The notes under the pieces: generated by a model
The model's input: only the letters and a program-made list of their open reading frames with translations
The model's database searches: none
What the model was told of the DNA's origin: nothing
NCBI RefSeq assembly: GCF_001949145.1
Contig: NW_019091358.1
Coordinates: 2,536,535 to 2,600,534 of the forward strand
Source: Acanthaster planci
Lineage: Eukaryota
Reading direction: 5' to 3'
DNA: 64,000 nucleotides
Shown: one piece after another, positions 1 through 12,222 of the stretch
Position numbering within the stretch: position 1 is the first letter of the stretch
Layout of the letters: each line of letters begins with the position of its first letter
Made by a program: the position numbers and the translations under genes

Positions 1-578
1 GCCTTTTCCTTGCTATGGGGTGTTCCAGGGCACGCCCCCTCCCCCGGGAAATATGGAATCAACGGTGCCAGAAAGTTCCAACTGAGGTTAACCGAACTTA
101 ATTACCAGAACTTTAAGTCCATTTTTCAAAAGTTGTACCCATTTGAACAATGTCATAAAATTTGTCAGCAGCTTAACAGACATGTAACTCCTCCCTCTCC
201 CATCAACTAACAAATTGGAAGACTTCTTTATGAGAGACGAGGGATATGGGCGTGGTCACGGCCATGTGCAGAAAATCAAGGGTATAATATACGTACATTG
301 CAATGAGCCAAGTCAGTGTTGGTGTTTTTTTCATTAAGGTAAGGTCATTTGAGAGCAAAGAATCTAACGTCACGCCAGTTCGAACATGAATTTGCGTGCG
401 AGTGGGCGTATGGCCACACTGAGTAAAGGCGCCTTTCCACACGTACGTTTTTGAATGCGTTGTGTACACGATGTGTTCATGCGTTTCACTTTTACGGATA
501 AAAAAATCGATTCCATCAAAACACAACGCGTCAAATCGCCCTGGGAGCAACTCGACGGATACGTAACCGTTGCGCACG

Positions 579-643
579 TGAGAGACTAGCCGTGTTACAC
601 ACTCGCCGTGTTACTCGCCGTGTGTAACACGGCTAGTCTCTCA
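579..643. repeat. Perfect 23-bp inverted repeat (hairpin)
   Basis: TGAGAGACTAGCCGTGTTACACA (579-601) and its exact reverse complement (621-643). The 19-nt spacer is built from CTCGCCG(TGTTA) units. Confidence 0.9.
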
Positions 644-1221
644 GAAAAATTACCATAAAAATAACATAGGAGGACCAAGTTTCAAAATTCGGGTTGTACC
701 CGTTGGTTAAGGGCGAAGCTCTGCTTTAATTGATGCCGGTTTCGTGGTTCACATTTCACGCTTCAATGAACAGCAGAAGTTTGAATTTTAAAAAATAAAA
801 GTCTGTTGCGCACGGATATGTGAGGGTTAAAATGACATCTTCCAGACTGAACAAAACGTTTAAAAAGACTTTTTTCCTTGCATAAAATTTTCAAAAACGT
901 AATTAATCCTTTAACCCCGTACAATCGACACAAAAAATAATCTTATTTCTGGGTGTATCATTACCAAGCAGAAAGGGGTTAATATTTCATACATTTCTCG
1001 ATGAATTTTAACCCTCACACACCCGGGCACAACAGACTTTCATTTTCCAAAATTCAAATTTCATGTGCTCATTAAAGCGTGAAATGTGAACCAAGAAACT
1101 AGCATCAATCAAGGCAGAACAATACCCTTCACCAGCGGGAACAACCAGATTTTTGAAACTTGATCAGATGTCATTTATAAATTAATTTTTCTGAGAGTCT
1201 ACTTTTTTCTGATACACCCTG
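636..1221. mobile_element. Two diverged, oppositely oriented copies of a MITE-like element (Tc1/mariner-type ends)
   Basis: About 636-836 is a diverged reverse complement of about 1003-1200 (e.g. GGTTCACATTTCACGCTT vs AAGCGTGAAATGTGAACC). The right copy is bounded by CTGGGTGTATCA (949-960) and TGATACACCCTG (1210-1221), followed by TA. Confidence 0.65.
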
Positions 1222-1567
1222 TATAAATGTGACCCGCGGTGCCCTTCATGTTGTCGGACAGCTATACCAAACTGGCTCATTGCCGAATAATTATGCCGGT
1301 CTTTGGCGCAGAGGTATCTTTAAACTCGTTTCATGTGCGATCACTTGCAAGTGATATTTCCATCGGCAGCAAACCAGTTACACATTTCGGATTTACTACC
1401 ACCCCTAGGGCCCTTTGTACAGAATCAGCCGTTGAGGTGAAAGTCTGACAATATTGATATGCGCATGCCCATTCTTCCTAACAGGTTTGCTCTGCACGTG
1501 GCTTTAAGTCAGGACATGCCCTTTTGACAAAACCCAAGTTTTATGTAATTGCATAGAGGAAAATTAC

Positions 1568-1686
1568 CTGGTCTCCTAGGCCGCCCTGCAGTGAAAGGAA
1601 ATCTTGGGGATAAGTGGCCCAGATGCCGGCAGTGCCTTTAGGACCTATTACCGTGCGATTGCCTCCATCATAAGCATTCAGTGCGT
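1568..1686 (-). CDS. Aquaglyceroporin exon 4
   Basis: Acceptor TTGCAG, donor [46 protein letters not shown]. Confidence 0.93.
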
Positions 1687-4600
1687 CTGCAACAATATGG
1701 ACCAAATATTAAATCATTTTTAATGTCAAGGATATATAATATAAAACTGCTGCAAACTGCCTGCTGACTACAATGACCTTCAATACAGTCTCAAAATATA
1801 AAGGGCCTGATGACGTTTCGATCCTAGCAGAATCTTTCTCATAAATAATTTGTATAAACTCTATAAATCTTTTAACAGTACATTTACGTGTACTAAGCAG
1901 TGGGATGCAACTAAAACTCATTCATAATGTCACAGCGAGGCTATTTGTAAAGTGCTTAAATGCTAATTAAAAGCAGAGGAAGAGTGGGACTCTTGAAACG
2001 TCTGATGGGGAGTAGGCGTAGCTCTTCTTCAAAGAGATGCGCCGACGTCATATATTTGATCACTCAGGCACAATGAAATGAAAAGCAGTTACAGTTTTAG
2101 AGGTGGGAGGAAAACCCCAGAGGAATATTCTGGATAAAACCCACGGACTCAGGTAGGGATTGAAAACCCAATCCATATGTGGACCGGGCCGGGATTCGAA
2201 CCCGGACCGCAGAGGTGGAAGGCGAGGAAAGAACCACTAACCCAATTCCCTAGCCTGTGCTAAATGCATTTCCCCGTGGGGCTCATTCCTCGCTGCTTGT
2301 TCCTCTCCAAAATATGCATTTCGATACTGCAATATGGGTATGACTTAGTGCAATGAAAGTTTTGTATTTAAACTTAGACCTGCTGGTTCCAATCCGGGAA
2401 GTGGAACCAGTGTAGGTGTCTGAGCACTTTTTACCTTGTTGGTTCACCTACGTTAACACGCTTTGATGTTCAAGCATCATACGGGCAGCATTGGTGGTGA
2501 AGTTCAGCACTTTCTCCGCTGGGGTGGTAAGTATATGTGGATCGGGGCCGGGGGGGGGGCTTTATTTTGTATAATTACCGAGGTAGACTCCGTAGAGACA
2601 AGCTGATGCGGCAAAAGAGCCGAGGAACTGGGCCAACACGTACATGGGAAGCTTGATCCAACTGAACTTGCCCACCACAGCCAGGGCTAAAGACACGGCC
2701 GGATTGATGTGGCCACCTGTGCATCATTCCAAGACAAAATTAGAAAGTAGGACAAAGATCAGTAACAGAAGTATCTAATCAGCACGTCGCTGTTATGCCG
2801 TATATGCCCAAGTTTATTTTTTCACATGACAAAATGAGGTAAAACAGACAGTTTGGAGTTAAAAGTGCGCATTTGGTGTTCAATGTGATAGCAAAACAAC
2901 CCACTCACATGTGGAAAACAACGTGAAAATTAATCTGTTGTTTTAATTTCCAATCCCCAAATACTGTTAACCGAGTGAAGCGTAATTCTGCTTTCTGGGA
3001 GAAAATGAGCTGCTCTGTAAGAGAAGCTTCTGACTGTATCTGACTCGATAATCCATCAATACCGGAGATGTATATAGAGGGAGTATGTCAACTTCAGACT
3101 TTGGAACCAAAATGGCTGCTCATTATATGTTCAGCACAGCAGGTAGCTATTGTGTGCTAACTGCCCGTGCGCACTGACGCATAACCAGAAATTTCGGTTC
3201 CAACAATTGAGACATTCAAGTCGCAACTCTCTCTATAAACAGCTCTGATCGCAGTTAATAAGCAGCAAATGTATACTGAGTGACTTGCTACCACGTTACA
3301 AGTGTGTCGTGAGCACAGAATAAGGAAACATGTTTAAGGGAGGGTTGATTTATAGCCGGCTTTGGTGATGGTGGTTAATGAATCATACTGTTAAGTATGT
3401 TTTGAAGTTGATTTTGTTTGTTCAGAATTGTTTGGTTAAACGGTTAAGGACACGTGTCCAGGTGGGTGATTTGACTCTGAGTGCGCTTTATAATTAAAAA
3501 AAGTCGTTTTATTTCACGCCGAAAGTTTCTGCTTTCTAATTCGAGGGAGTTTACACTCATATCACCGGGTGTTTATACGATACTGACGCAATTAACGTAG
3601 CATATTCCTGTAAGGACAAAACCGAGTAACGAAGACAGATGATTTGGGTCACCTTGTCAATTAACTAGCCGTATTTACATGTATTTGTTTGCCTAAGAAC
3701 CCCTGAGTTTAAGTAAGATGGATAACACTTCCGTATATATCCAATTTCGCCGCCTAGACAGTTAATAAATTACTCACATCCAACCCGAAATTACACCGGT
3801 ATAACCACTATTATATTCTAGTCATATTCATACTGAACAAGCCCTCCAAAACAATCTTAGTGAAAACATTTAATCATGCAAAGATTCTCAAAACTTTAGC
3901 TTCCAAACCTAAGAAATGTGGGAAGAAAGCAGTACTTTCATTCTGGAAACGTCTGTGCCGATTTATCCCGCAATAGAAGAAATTTTTCGCAGCATCCATG
4001 TGCCTGGTAGCGCATCCAGGTTCTGGGTCCAGGGGTTGGATATGGAATTTTCTTCCTGAAAACAATGGTCCTTTTTTTTTCCTCGTTAAAAGAATCCATA
4101 TCGCCTTGCCCCTAGAAAGGTGATTGTACCAGTTCGGATGACGTGTTCGTGCTTTCAAGTCCTTCGGGAAACACTACTGCGAGCCTTGCTCTCTTCCAGC
4201 ACACTCTGGCGGACTTACCAGAGACTCCGGCCGACGCATACACGCCCATGGTAACTGCAACCCACCAGCCAACGTTGATGGAGAGGAATTCACCGGCAGC
4301 ACTGCTGCTGAGGACGCTCTGCGCTACGTTGCCATCTCCAAAAACCTGCAAAGTCAAGAATGGAATCCTTCAATAAATGATTGTTGTACATGTACTTGGA
4401 TTGAAAGTTTATCTCTGTCTCAAACTCTCCATCAGTGCCTACCTATCGTATATAGCGCTGTGAAGGTTGCACACCAGAAAATGAGGCCAAAACAAAAACA
4501 TTTCTAGGCCCTATTTTTTCATAGGAATATATCGCTCAAGCAGTGAAGCGTATCTGTGAAAGATTGGTACAATACAACCCTAAATTGATTGCCTTTGCGA

Positions 4601-6728
4601 TGAGGGGTCGCTTCAAAATGGTTCCAGGTCTACTTTTAAGGTGACCATATTGGGCTGTTTTGTCCAACGGTCGTTGGATAACCCCTCCATCCCCCCCCAA
4701 AAAAATGCGATCAGAAAGATGGTGTATCAGAATTGCTCTTGGTCTTGAGATATTTATCGTTTATTTATGGTCTGCATGCAAACAGGTCTTGCCCATAAGC
4801 AAATACTGTCTGTGGCTTAGTTTTACAGGAAAATCAAGTACCAGTTAACATTAAAAGCCCGTTTACAGGGTAAACGCCGACGAGAACACCTTCTTCTCAT
4901 GGTTCATTTACAAACTGTGTAGAATTACGGCCCATAAATTCTTTCTCGAGATCATAGATCAATTTTATTATAAAAGCAAGTCACAGTTAACGTTTCAACT
5001 GACAAACAATCCTTGACGAGGACTGTAAATCACAAGTTCTTCAAATTAACCTTAATGACCCCCGCCCATTTTGACCCGCGACAGAGGAGCCAATCAACAT
5101 AGTGATTATCGCAGAATGACAGAGTACAATCGGGCATTGCTACTGTTTGTGTTGTAACAAAGGTCGATATAAGGCAGCGTAGAGCGATGCATTGCTATGA
5201 TAACAATGTTCTATGGGTCTCACAGTTTTTTCTGTGAAGTAGGGATAACCGGTTGGCAAAATCATAAATTGCAAGAAAAATTAAAACGTTCTCGTTTTGT
5301 TGGTAATGAGTTTATGATGAGGTGGTGTTACGGGCAAAATAAGGCCTTTTTAGCACGTTGGTGTAGTTGATGTAGGCCTACATCATAAATGTGTCCGTAT
5401 CATGCAGTGGTGGCAAAGATATGATTATGTTTATGATTAAAAGGACGCAGCAAAGGTAAAGTGACCCCCATCATGATGAGAGCTGCAATGAACACTCTCG
5501 CATCTGCTACTGGTACTTTTGCTGCCATAAACCATGCGCAGCACGGAGCGCAAATATCACAGTCTGATTACTTCATTTTGCCATTCATAAGTTGTCTGCT
5601 GTCTTGATGCTATTTGTTCAAATTTTCAGTTGGCACTAATTAGAGGGTCGGTTAGAAATGAGAATCATAAAATCGTGGAGACCTTCATTGCTCACCAACG
5701 GTCATTTTACGAAACACATGTTTAGGTTTTCGTCCAGCGGCCGGGTGGGGCTTGACTTGGATTGATTTGATTTCTGTTTGATTTTGGAGGGAGAAATGTT
5801 TGTGCCAATGGGAACAATTTCAAAAAATAATGGTCAGGGCGATATCAACACATTTCAGTGCAGATTATCCGACCTGTTTTAATAAAAACAACGTGCATTT
5901 GCCAGTCCAAGGGTCGCTGGCTCACCGTCCAAATTTACTTTGTTATCAAGTCCAATATAAGGGTCACTTGACTGGGGCAATACTAAAGGGTGTATTTGAG
6001 TAGATAAAGCCCTGGTGTGATAACAGTATGCATAATATTCCATCACTGTACCTCTAAATTTCTTAAAACTAAGCTGAACAATTCTTGGAAGCATGCAGGG
6101 GAGCTCTACTTGCCCCAATATTTTGAACGAACAAACTTGAACATTTATACATCTGAGCCAGTCTACAGCAGCCTGCAATGACTTCATCAGTACGTATTGC
6201 GAACGTCTCCCAACTTGTCCCTATAGCAGGTGTTAAGTATACCTAGCCCTCCAATATATAGTCCTTTGGTTAAAAGGCTTTGTTCTGATAGCAAAATTGA
6301 CAGCAAAGAAATATACATGTTCTTTTACATCGGTGATCAGCATGTAAAGGCCTTTACAGGTGGTTATTTTGAGTTTATAAAAACGCCAGGTAACGACAAT
6401 CTTGACTGTGAGTCTGTCCTAAACTGTTATTTTTATCATATGGGCTGTTAGTTACAGGTGCAGTAGAGCCTACGCTCGCCCAAAATACCTGGTTTGAAAT
6501 GAAAATGTAAAGAGATGCCTTTCAAGATCAACGAATATCTGAAAACCGAAGGTATAGTCTTGGTTATGGACGCAGAACGGGACATCGAAGTGCGTGTATT
6601 ATTGGTGCAATGTGTATGTACAGAATTATACAAAATTTACCTACCATCAAAATAAACGTCCCCAGAAATTCTGCCAAGAATTCCCGCACCCACTGGTTCC
6701 TTATCCTGAGATGCCGCGTCCACACCAT
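1568..6728 (-). CDS. Aquaglyceroporin (AQP3/7/9/10-type MIP channel), coding exons 1-4; remaining exons lie off the left edge
   Basis: Manually spliced GT-AG exons 6728-6645, 4345-4219, 2716-2579 and 1686-1568 join in frame: [42 protein letters not shown]...[95 protein letters not shown]. Contains AEFLGT, the first NPA box and the GLP-type loop C 'AGIWATYP'. Exon sizes of 127/138/119 nt match the vertebrate aquaglyceroporin layout as I recall it. The specific paralogue cannot be assigned. Confidence 0.95.
2075..2250 (-). mobile_element. tRNA-derived SINE fragment
   Basis: Minus strand reads GGGTTAGTGGTT (A-box-like) ... GGGTTCGAATCCCGG (B-box), followed by a non-tRNA body ending GGGGTTTTCCTCCCAC. 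Confidence 0.7.
2579..2716 (-). CDS. Aquaglyceroporin exon 3 (first NPA motif)
   Basis: Acceptor CACAG, donor GTAATT; (G)[45 protein letters not shown]. Confidence 0.95.
3062..3247. mobile_element. Degenerate palindromic MITE
   Basis: Outer arms GGAGATGTATATAGAGGGAGT / ACTCTCTCTATAAACAGCTCT and inner arms TTGGAACCAAAAT / ATTTCGGTTCCAA. Confidence 0.5.
4219..4345 (-). CDS. Aquaglyceroporin exon 2
   Basis: Acceptor TTTGCAG, donor [48 protein letters not shown]. Confidence 0.95.
6645..6728 (-). CDS. Aquaglyceroporin coding exon 1
   Basis: ATG at 6728; [28 protein letters not shown]; donor GTAGGT, phase 0. Too short for the ORF track. Confidence 0.9.
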
Positions 6729-8804
6729 GATTGAAGTTCTCTTTCTTTCTCTGGAAAGCCAATGCTATGCGTCCAAATCGTTTTGTTTGGGGGAGGTTCA
6801 GCTTTTCCCTCCAGTTTTTACGCTCTTCAGGACAAGATTTGCCTTCGCCAATTGCTGGTACGAGGTCAAACCTCAGTCGTCATAGCATTCCAAGCATAGA
6901 TCCTTTGAAGTAAATGTAAACTTTGCGTCCAGATCTCCACCCTGGCAGTTTGAGGGTCACGTAAACAGTATTCGGAGATGATGTTCAACTGGGCCTATGC
7001 GGTGTAGGTCCAAAATACATAGGATGATCCAGTATAATATTTTAAAGCAAGAAGTTTAGCCTCGCTCCGTGTCGTATTTGACCTCTAATCGTCAAGGTGA
7101 CTCTCGATAGACCCTAGAGGGCCTGCACGTTGTTTGTTGTGTGGAAGGGAATGATTGTCAATGTGTGTTAACGGACCACTTTGATTTGGGTTGGTTGTTC
7201 TAACCAAACCCTCGCACCCTACAACCAACAGGTCGTGACATCGTGGCCCATACTGGCATAGCTGAATTCTGAAAGCAGATGTTACAAGCACAATTGTTTG
7301 AACAGCTAAGATATCCAGCGTTGTTTTGGACCAGTACAATGAGGCATAAATCCACTGAAAAGTATTAGAAGCCATTATAATTATGGGCCATCCTGCGCGC
7401 ACGCAAGTGGTGCGCATGCGTTAGATTCCTCTCCAACCAATAGGGTGTCGTGACTTCAGTTGCCAAAGTTCATTCATGTAAGACATGTGCGTGAGTGCCG
7501 CGATGGCCCCGCAGGAATGGCGTCTCCTTGGGTTAATTGGTCTGTAGCCTGGGTACTGAATTCACACTCGCAAATACTATTTAAATGCATTCCTATACTG
7601 TTTGTCGTTATAATTCACTTATACAAATTCCCCTAAATATTCTGGCCCGTGTTTTGGATGTTTTCTCCGGTCATTTTCCCATTTTGAGGAGGTCAAGGTA
7701 GATCTTTGAAAACATACCCTATCCTGTATAGCCCAGCGTTGCAACTTGCTGATGCATCTACGGTAACATCGTCTTGAAACAAAGATATCACCATGTGGTT
7801 TTCATATTTTCAGTTTCCTTAACTGATTTTCAAAGTCACGTTTTCATTCGTACATCTGCATTCATTTTCTAGCAACCCCAAGCTTTGGCAGGAGTCACTC
7901 TCATGCCCTTTAGGGCAAACGATTTCCAAAATTTACAGTGTATCTTTCACAGCTGACGGGGTGCTTACATAATCTTCTTGTGTGAGTTAACGGGATGGCC
8001 GTGCGATGATATTGTACCTTTGTGCTTCGGTTACCTAATTTTCAATTTTTGGTTTGCTATTTCAATCTGTATTTTGGAGCCTTTCTTGGTTTTTAAACTA
8101 CTGCCATTGTCCATGTTAATGGGAAAAACTGGGATTTCCTCTTAGGCACTGACACTTAATGTTGCATTTATTTGCGTGCAAAAATGCTGGATTATTTGAT
8201 TATTTTGTTGTTATAAATGTCCACTTCTTTTTTAATTTATTGCTGTATACGTATGTGACAATATTTGAAGCCAGTGAGCAACCTTTTCTCCCAGAAATGG
8301 TTTCAAAGAGCAGAATTGGGATTCCAAATTTTGAACATGAAAACGTGAAGTGAATAGTGTCTTTCAAAGTTTACAGCAACAGTGCCTTTGTTGATAAGCC
8401 AGACCGGTAAAATGCTGTGTACACAAAAGTTAAAAGCGCCCTCTGTCTATCTGTAATCCCGATGCCAGTGTTGACTGTGGGGAAAGAAAAAAGCTCATCA
8501 CCCTTCAGTATCCGATCTCTAATGCCTGTGAATTTGCCTGCATCGGGTCACGCAACTTTGTGGCAGTGGTGCCGGAATCTTGTGCTTTAATAAAATTGCT
8601 GAATAATAAAATAAAGCTGTCGGATAGCCCCATAATTGATGACTTTTTGCCCGGTCATGAAATCCGCCTGAGTGCAGACACACGCATGCACGTTTCAGAA
8701 CATACAACTGTTCGTTCGTATTACGCGATAAACATGTACATGTCGTGCAATGACCGAAATTTCTCGAGCTTTCGAACAGGCTGTGACTTGTTGTGTCCCT
8801 AAAG

Positions 8805-11690
8805 ATGACTACTGCAGCACCAGTTAGCGATATCAAACCACTACAGCCACCAGCTTCGGTATAATGTTGAGCATCTTTCACTTTGAGCCAGGGGAATGTG
8901 ACACTCCCGCCAAGACTGACTCCTTTGGGTGAAGTAAACGAAAGTTGTGAACATTTTCTTCCTTAAAAGAGAGAGCAAAAGGGGGATGAATCTTTCGAGT
9001 CATTTCTTGCAGCCATCCACAGCATGATGAAACTTAATAGTGTAACTATCACAATGACTCTCAAGACTCCCTACCCAGAGTTTCCTCGGCATACGTGACC
9101 AGGAGGCACAGAAGATGTTACTGTAGACCAAGCTAACACTGGACCTGTGTGTGAACGTTTGCAAAACAGCAGAGAGAGCCACCATGCAAGGGAAAATACT
9201 TTGGCCGGAGTCATGGGCTTCGCCTTCCGTAAAGCTAGTCCGTGGATCGAGACAAGAATCGACCTTGAAATAGACTCCGTGGAAGTTAAGTGCTAAGAAA
9301 TCACCACTTGCCAGCGATTAAAGCTACCCTCGTCTGCACCACCTGTGAAACGTGAGTGCAATTACTGTGGTTTCACACGTCATGAGAAAGACTGACTTTT
9401 CTAACCGACTCTAATGAAGAGACGGTGCATACCTTGCACGTTATAGCAGCAGTAGACGGATCACTCTCACAGCTAGCTGTAACTGGCTGCCACATTCTTT
9501 TCCAAGTGGACACAGGTTGCTGATCGACGTCAACACGCTGCATCAATGATTTTTCCGTGAAGAACAAGTGCGGCCCGCGAAAGTGCAGCTGGTCACGTAC
9601 GAGTAATGACTCAAAAATCAGACCCCTAGGGGAGGCAGAAATATATCCGCACCAGTGAAGTACACAGTGCTATCTTTATGGTAATGCCAAACCATCTACA
9701 CTGCTTGCTTGGCCTGAAAGCCCTGACCGACATGCACCTGACGACTGTGAATAAAGAAGATTCATTGATAGCTTGGCCATCCTTCATGTGGATCCAGAAT
9801 TGAAACCACGTGCTCTATGTTGAAGTAAAGTTCCAGTGCCTTTAAAGGGGGTGTCCAATTCAAGCTGAACTTAACAACCAAGTCAGTCGGGTGTGCTCAT
9901 CCCTGTCAAAGAGCCTACACAGTGGATAAGTCCGATGGCCGTGGTGCAAGAAGCCAGTGGCAAGCTCAGAATTTGCATTAATCCACAACAGCCGTCAAGC
10001 CCTCATGAGAGAAGTACTAGTTGCCCACTGTTGATGACGTGCTCCAAATGTTGCAAGATGCAAAAGCGTTCAGCAAGTTAGACGTGAAGGCAGCTTTTTG
10101 GCACGTCAGACAAGATGAGGAATCCAGCAAGCTTACCACCATGAGAACTCCATTTGGCCGATTTTGCTGGGCCAAGTTGACTTTGGGTTTTAATGTGAGG
10201 AGCAAACTTTCCACCGCAAACTTGTGGAAGCGGTGAGTCTTCACCATGATGGGGTCATATGAAATCTGAGGCCACAAAAGATAATGATGAGAAGCTGGTA
10301 AAGTTGTATCAGACATGCCAGGAACGAAACATCATCCTGAATGAAAACAAGAACGAAATCGGAAAGACAAAAACCCGAGTTCACGGACACTGTTTTACCG
10401 AAGAAGGAGTCAGAGTGGACGACTCCAAAGTTGAGGGAGTGCTGAAAATGCCAGCCCCAACAGACATTCAGGGCGTGAAACGTCTATGTGGAATGGTGAA
10501 GTACATGTATATGGCAAGATTTCTTCCTTTGATCTGGAACCAATCAGATCCCTGACTCGCTAGGATGATGAGTGGAACTGATGCCCTGCTTGCGAAAGAG
10601 TACTAGAGTACTAGAGAGTGTGAAACAAGAACTATCCAGTGTACCAGGGGCATTGCACTCCAAATTCACAGTAGCAAAGACAGTATTAGAGCCATTCTGC
10701 TACAAGACGGTAAACCTGTCAAATATGCATTTCGCTCACTATCCAGTAATGAACGCAACTGGGCGCAAATCAAAAAAGAACTACTGCCAGTGCTTGGACT
10801 TGAACGTTTTGGCCAGTACAGTGGTGATCGTACCAAATGATTACAAACCGGTCGCATCGCATCTACTCTCAACAAACCACTCTGTCAAGCACCCAAGCGT
10901 CTTCAAACCCTCCTGATGAGAGTTCATCGTTACGACATGGACTTCCACTTTCTTGGGGATCCCCGATACCCTATAAGCCGTGCTCACATCAATTCACCTG
11001 ATCTGAGACCTTGCATCATGACAATTAACTTGGAAGAAGTAAGTCAGGGAGGCAACTGCACACAAAGAGTCACTTGCAACTGGCTGCTTGGCTGCTTGCC
11101 TGTTACAAAGTGCGAGTTATTAAATGAGGCGTGTCCGCACTATGACAAGAGGGATGTGCTTAGAATCACTAGAATGGAATCATTCTTAAGAGTGAAGCCA
11201 TTCTGATTCCAAAAGGTTTAAGACAAGCCATTCTGAAGAGACAACACTCCACTCACATATGCTACAACAGTTTGATGCGAAGGACATTAAAGCAACTCGT
11301 GGACTCGGGTGAACCTTGCCAGGAACTGAGGCCAAGAAACCCCAGAGAAAAGCTGAAGCCACAGGATGATGGCAGTGGCCCAAGGGACAAAAGCCCATAT
11401 GACATCGTGAAGGTCAAAGGTTACCAATTCTTGGTGACAAATTCAATTTCACAACCACAAGTACCCGGTTAATTTCTATGCTGACAAAGCAGTTTCCTCG
11501 TTTCGACATCCCTCGGGTGCTGGCATCTGACTAGGGCCCACAATTCAACGCTGGTGAGTTACAAAAGTTTTTGAAGGACTTGGAAATCCACCTTGTTTGG
11601 TCTTCCCCAGGATATTACAATGCCAATGAAAAGCTGAAATGTCTGTGAAAGTTGTCAAACATCTCATATTGAAAGCAAGGTTAAAGGTTA
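8805..11690 (+). mobile_element. Decayed Ty3/Gypsy LTR retrotransposon internal region (gag-protease-RT-RNaseH-integrase), many stops and frameshifts
   Basis: Gag-like 'LGIRDQEAQKMLL*TKLTLDLCVNVCKTAE' near 9085-9175; protease-like FQVDTG near 9500; RT 'PVKEPTQWISPMAVV..SGKLRICINP' and 'LPTVDDVL...AKAFSKLDVKAAFWHV...SSKLTTMRTPFGRF'; 'MPAPTDIQGVKRLCGMVKY'; RNaseH-like 'ERNWAQIKKELL' and 'NDYKP'; integrase 'RFDIPRVLASD*GPQF' near 11500. The order RT-RH-IN is Gypsy-type. No LTR pair recognised. Confidence 0.9.
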
Positions 11691-11789
11691 CATAGTTATA
11701 ATTCCAAATGTATGTATTCAAGATCCAGATTCTGTGTGTGACCGTCCCCTATGCGTGGATAATTTCGCAAAATACACTGCCATCGTGTG

Positions 11790-12222
11790 CAGGCTGGGAG
11801 CTTGTCTTGGGCTTGGCCTGGGCATAGCATGGGCTTCGCCTGGAGCCCAGGCTGAGGCTGGGTGTGAGTTGGGCTTTCCTGGGCATGGGCTAGGTTGTTA
11901 GCTTGGCCTGGGCTTGGCCTGTGGGTGTTGACTAATCCCGGGCTATTCGTGGACAAGGCCCGGGCTGGGTTACGACGGGGCCTGGGCTACACCTTGCCTT
12001 GCCTACTTCCGAGTTGGTCCTGGGTGTGAGTTGGGCTGGTCTGGGTGCGTTGTGACTGTTGGTTTGGCTTTGGCTTGGTTTGGCTTTGCTTGGCTTTGGT
12101 TTGGCTTGGCTTGGCCTGGCTTTTGCTTGGCCTGGGCCTTCGCCCAGGGTTTAACTTGGCCTGGTCCTGGGGCTTGGCTTAGGATAGCCTAAATGAGCCT
12201 GGGCGTTGGTCTGACTGTGCCA
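11790..12222. repeat. Degenerate GC-rich simple repeat (GGCTT / GGCCTGGGCTT units)
   Basis: Repeated GGCTTGGCCTGGG units and a (GGCTT/GGTTT)n run at about 12060-12135. Confidence 0.75.

Noticed and set aside
203..577. 124-aa minus-strand ORF as aquaporin exon 5
   Set aside because: No second NPA(RD) motif or MIP-like helices; exon 5 must lie outside the window.
2180..2250. tRNA gene (also 55640-55710)
   Set aside because: A/B boxes are present but I could not form a full cloverleaf, and the sequence continues into SINE-type bodies.
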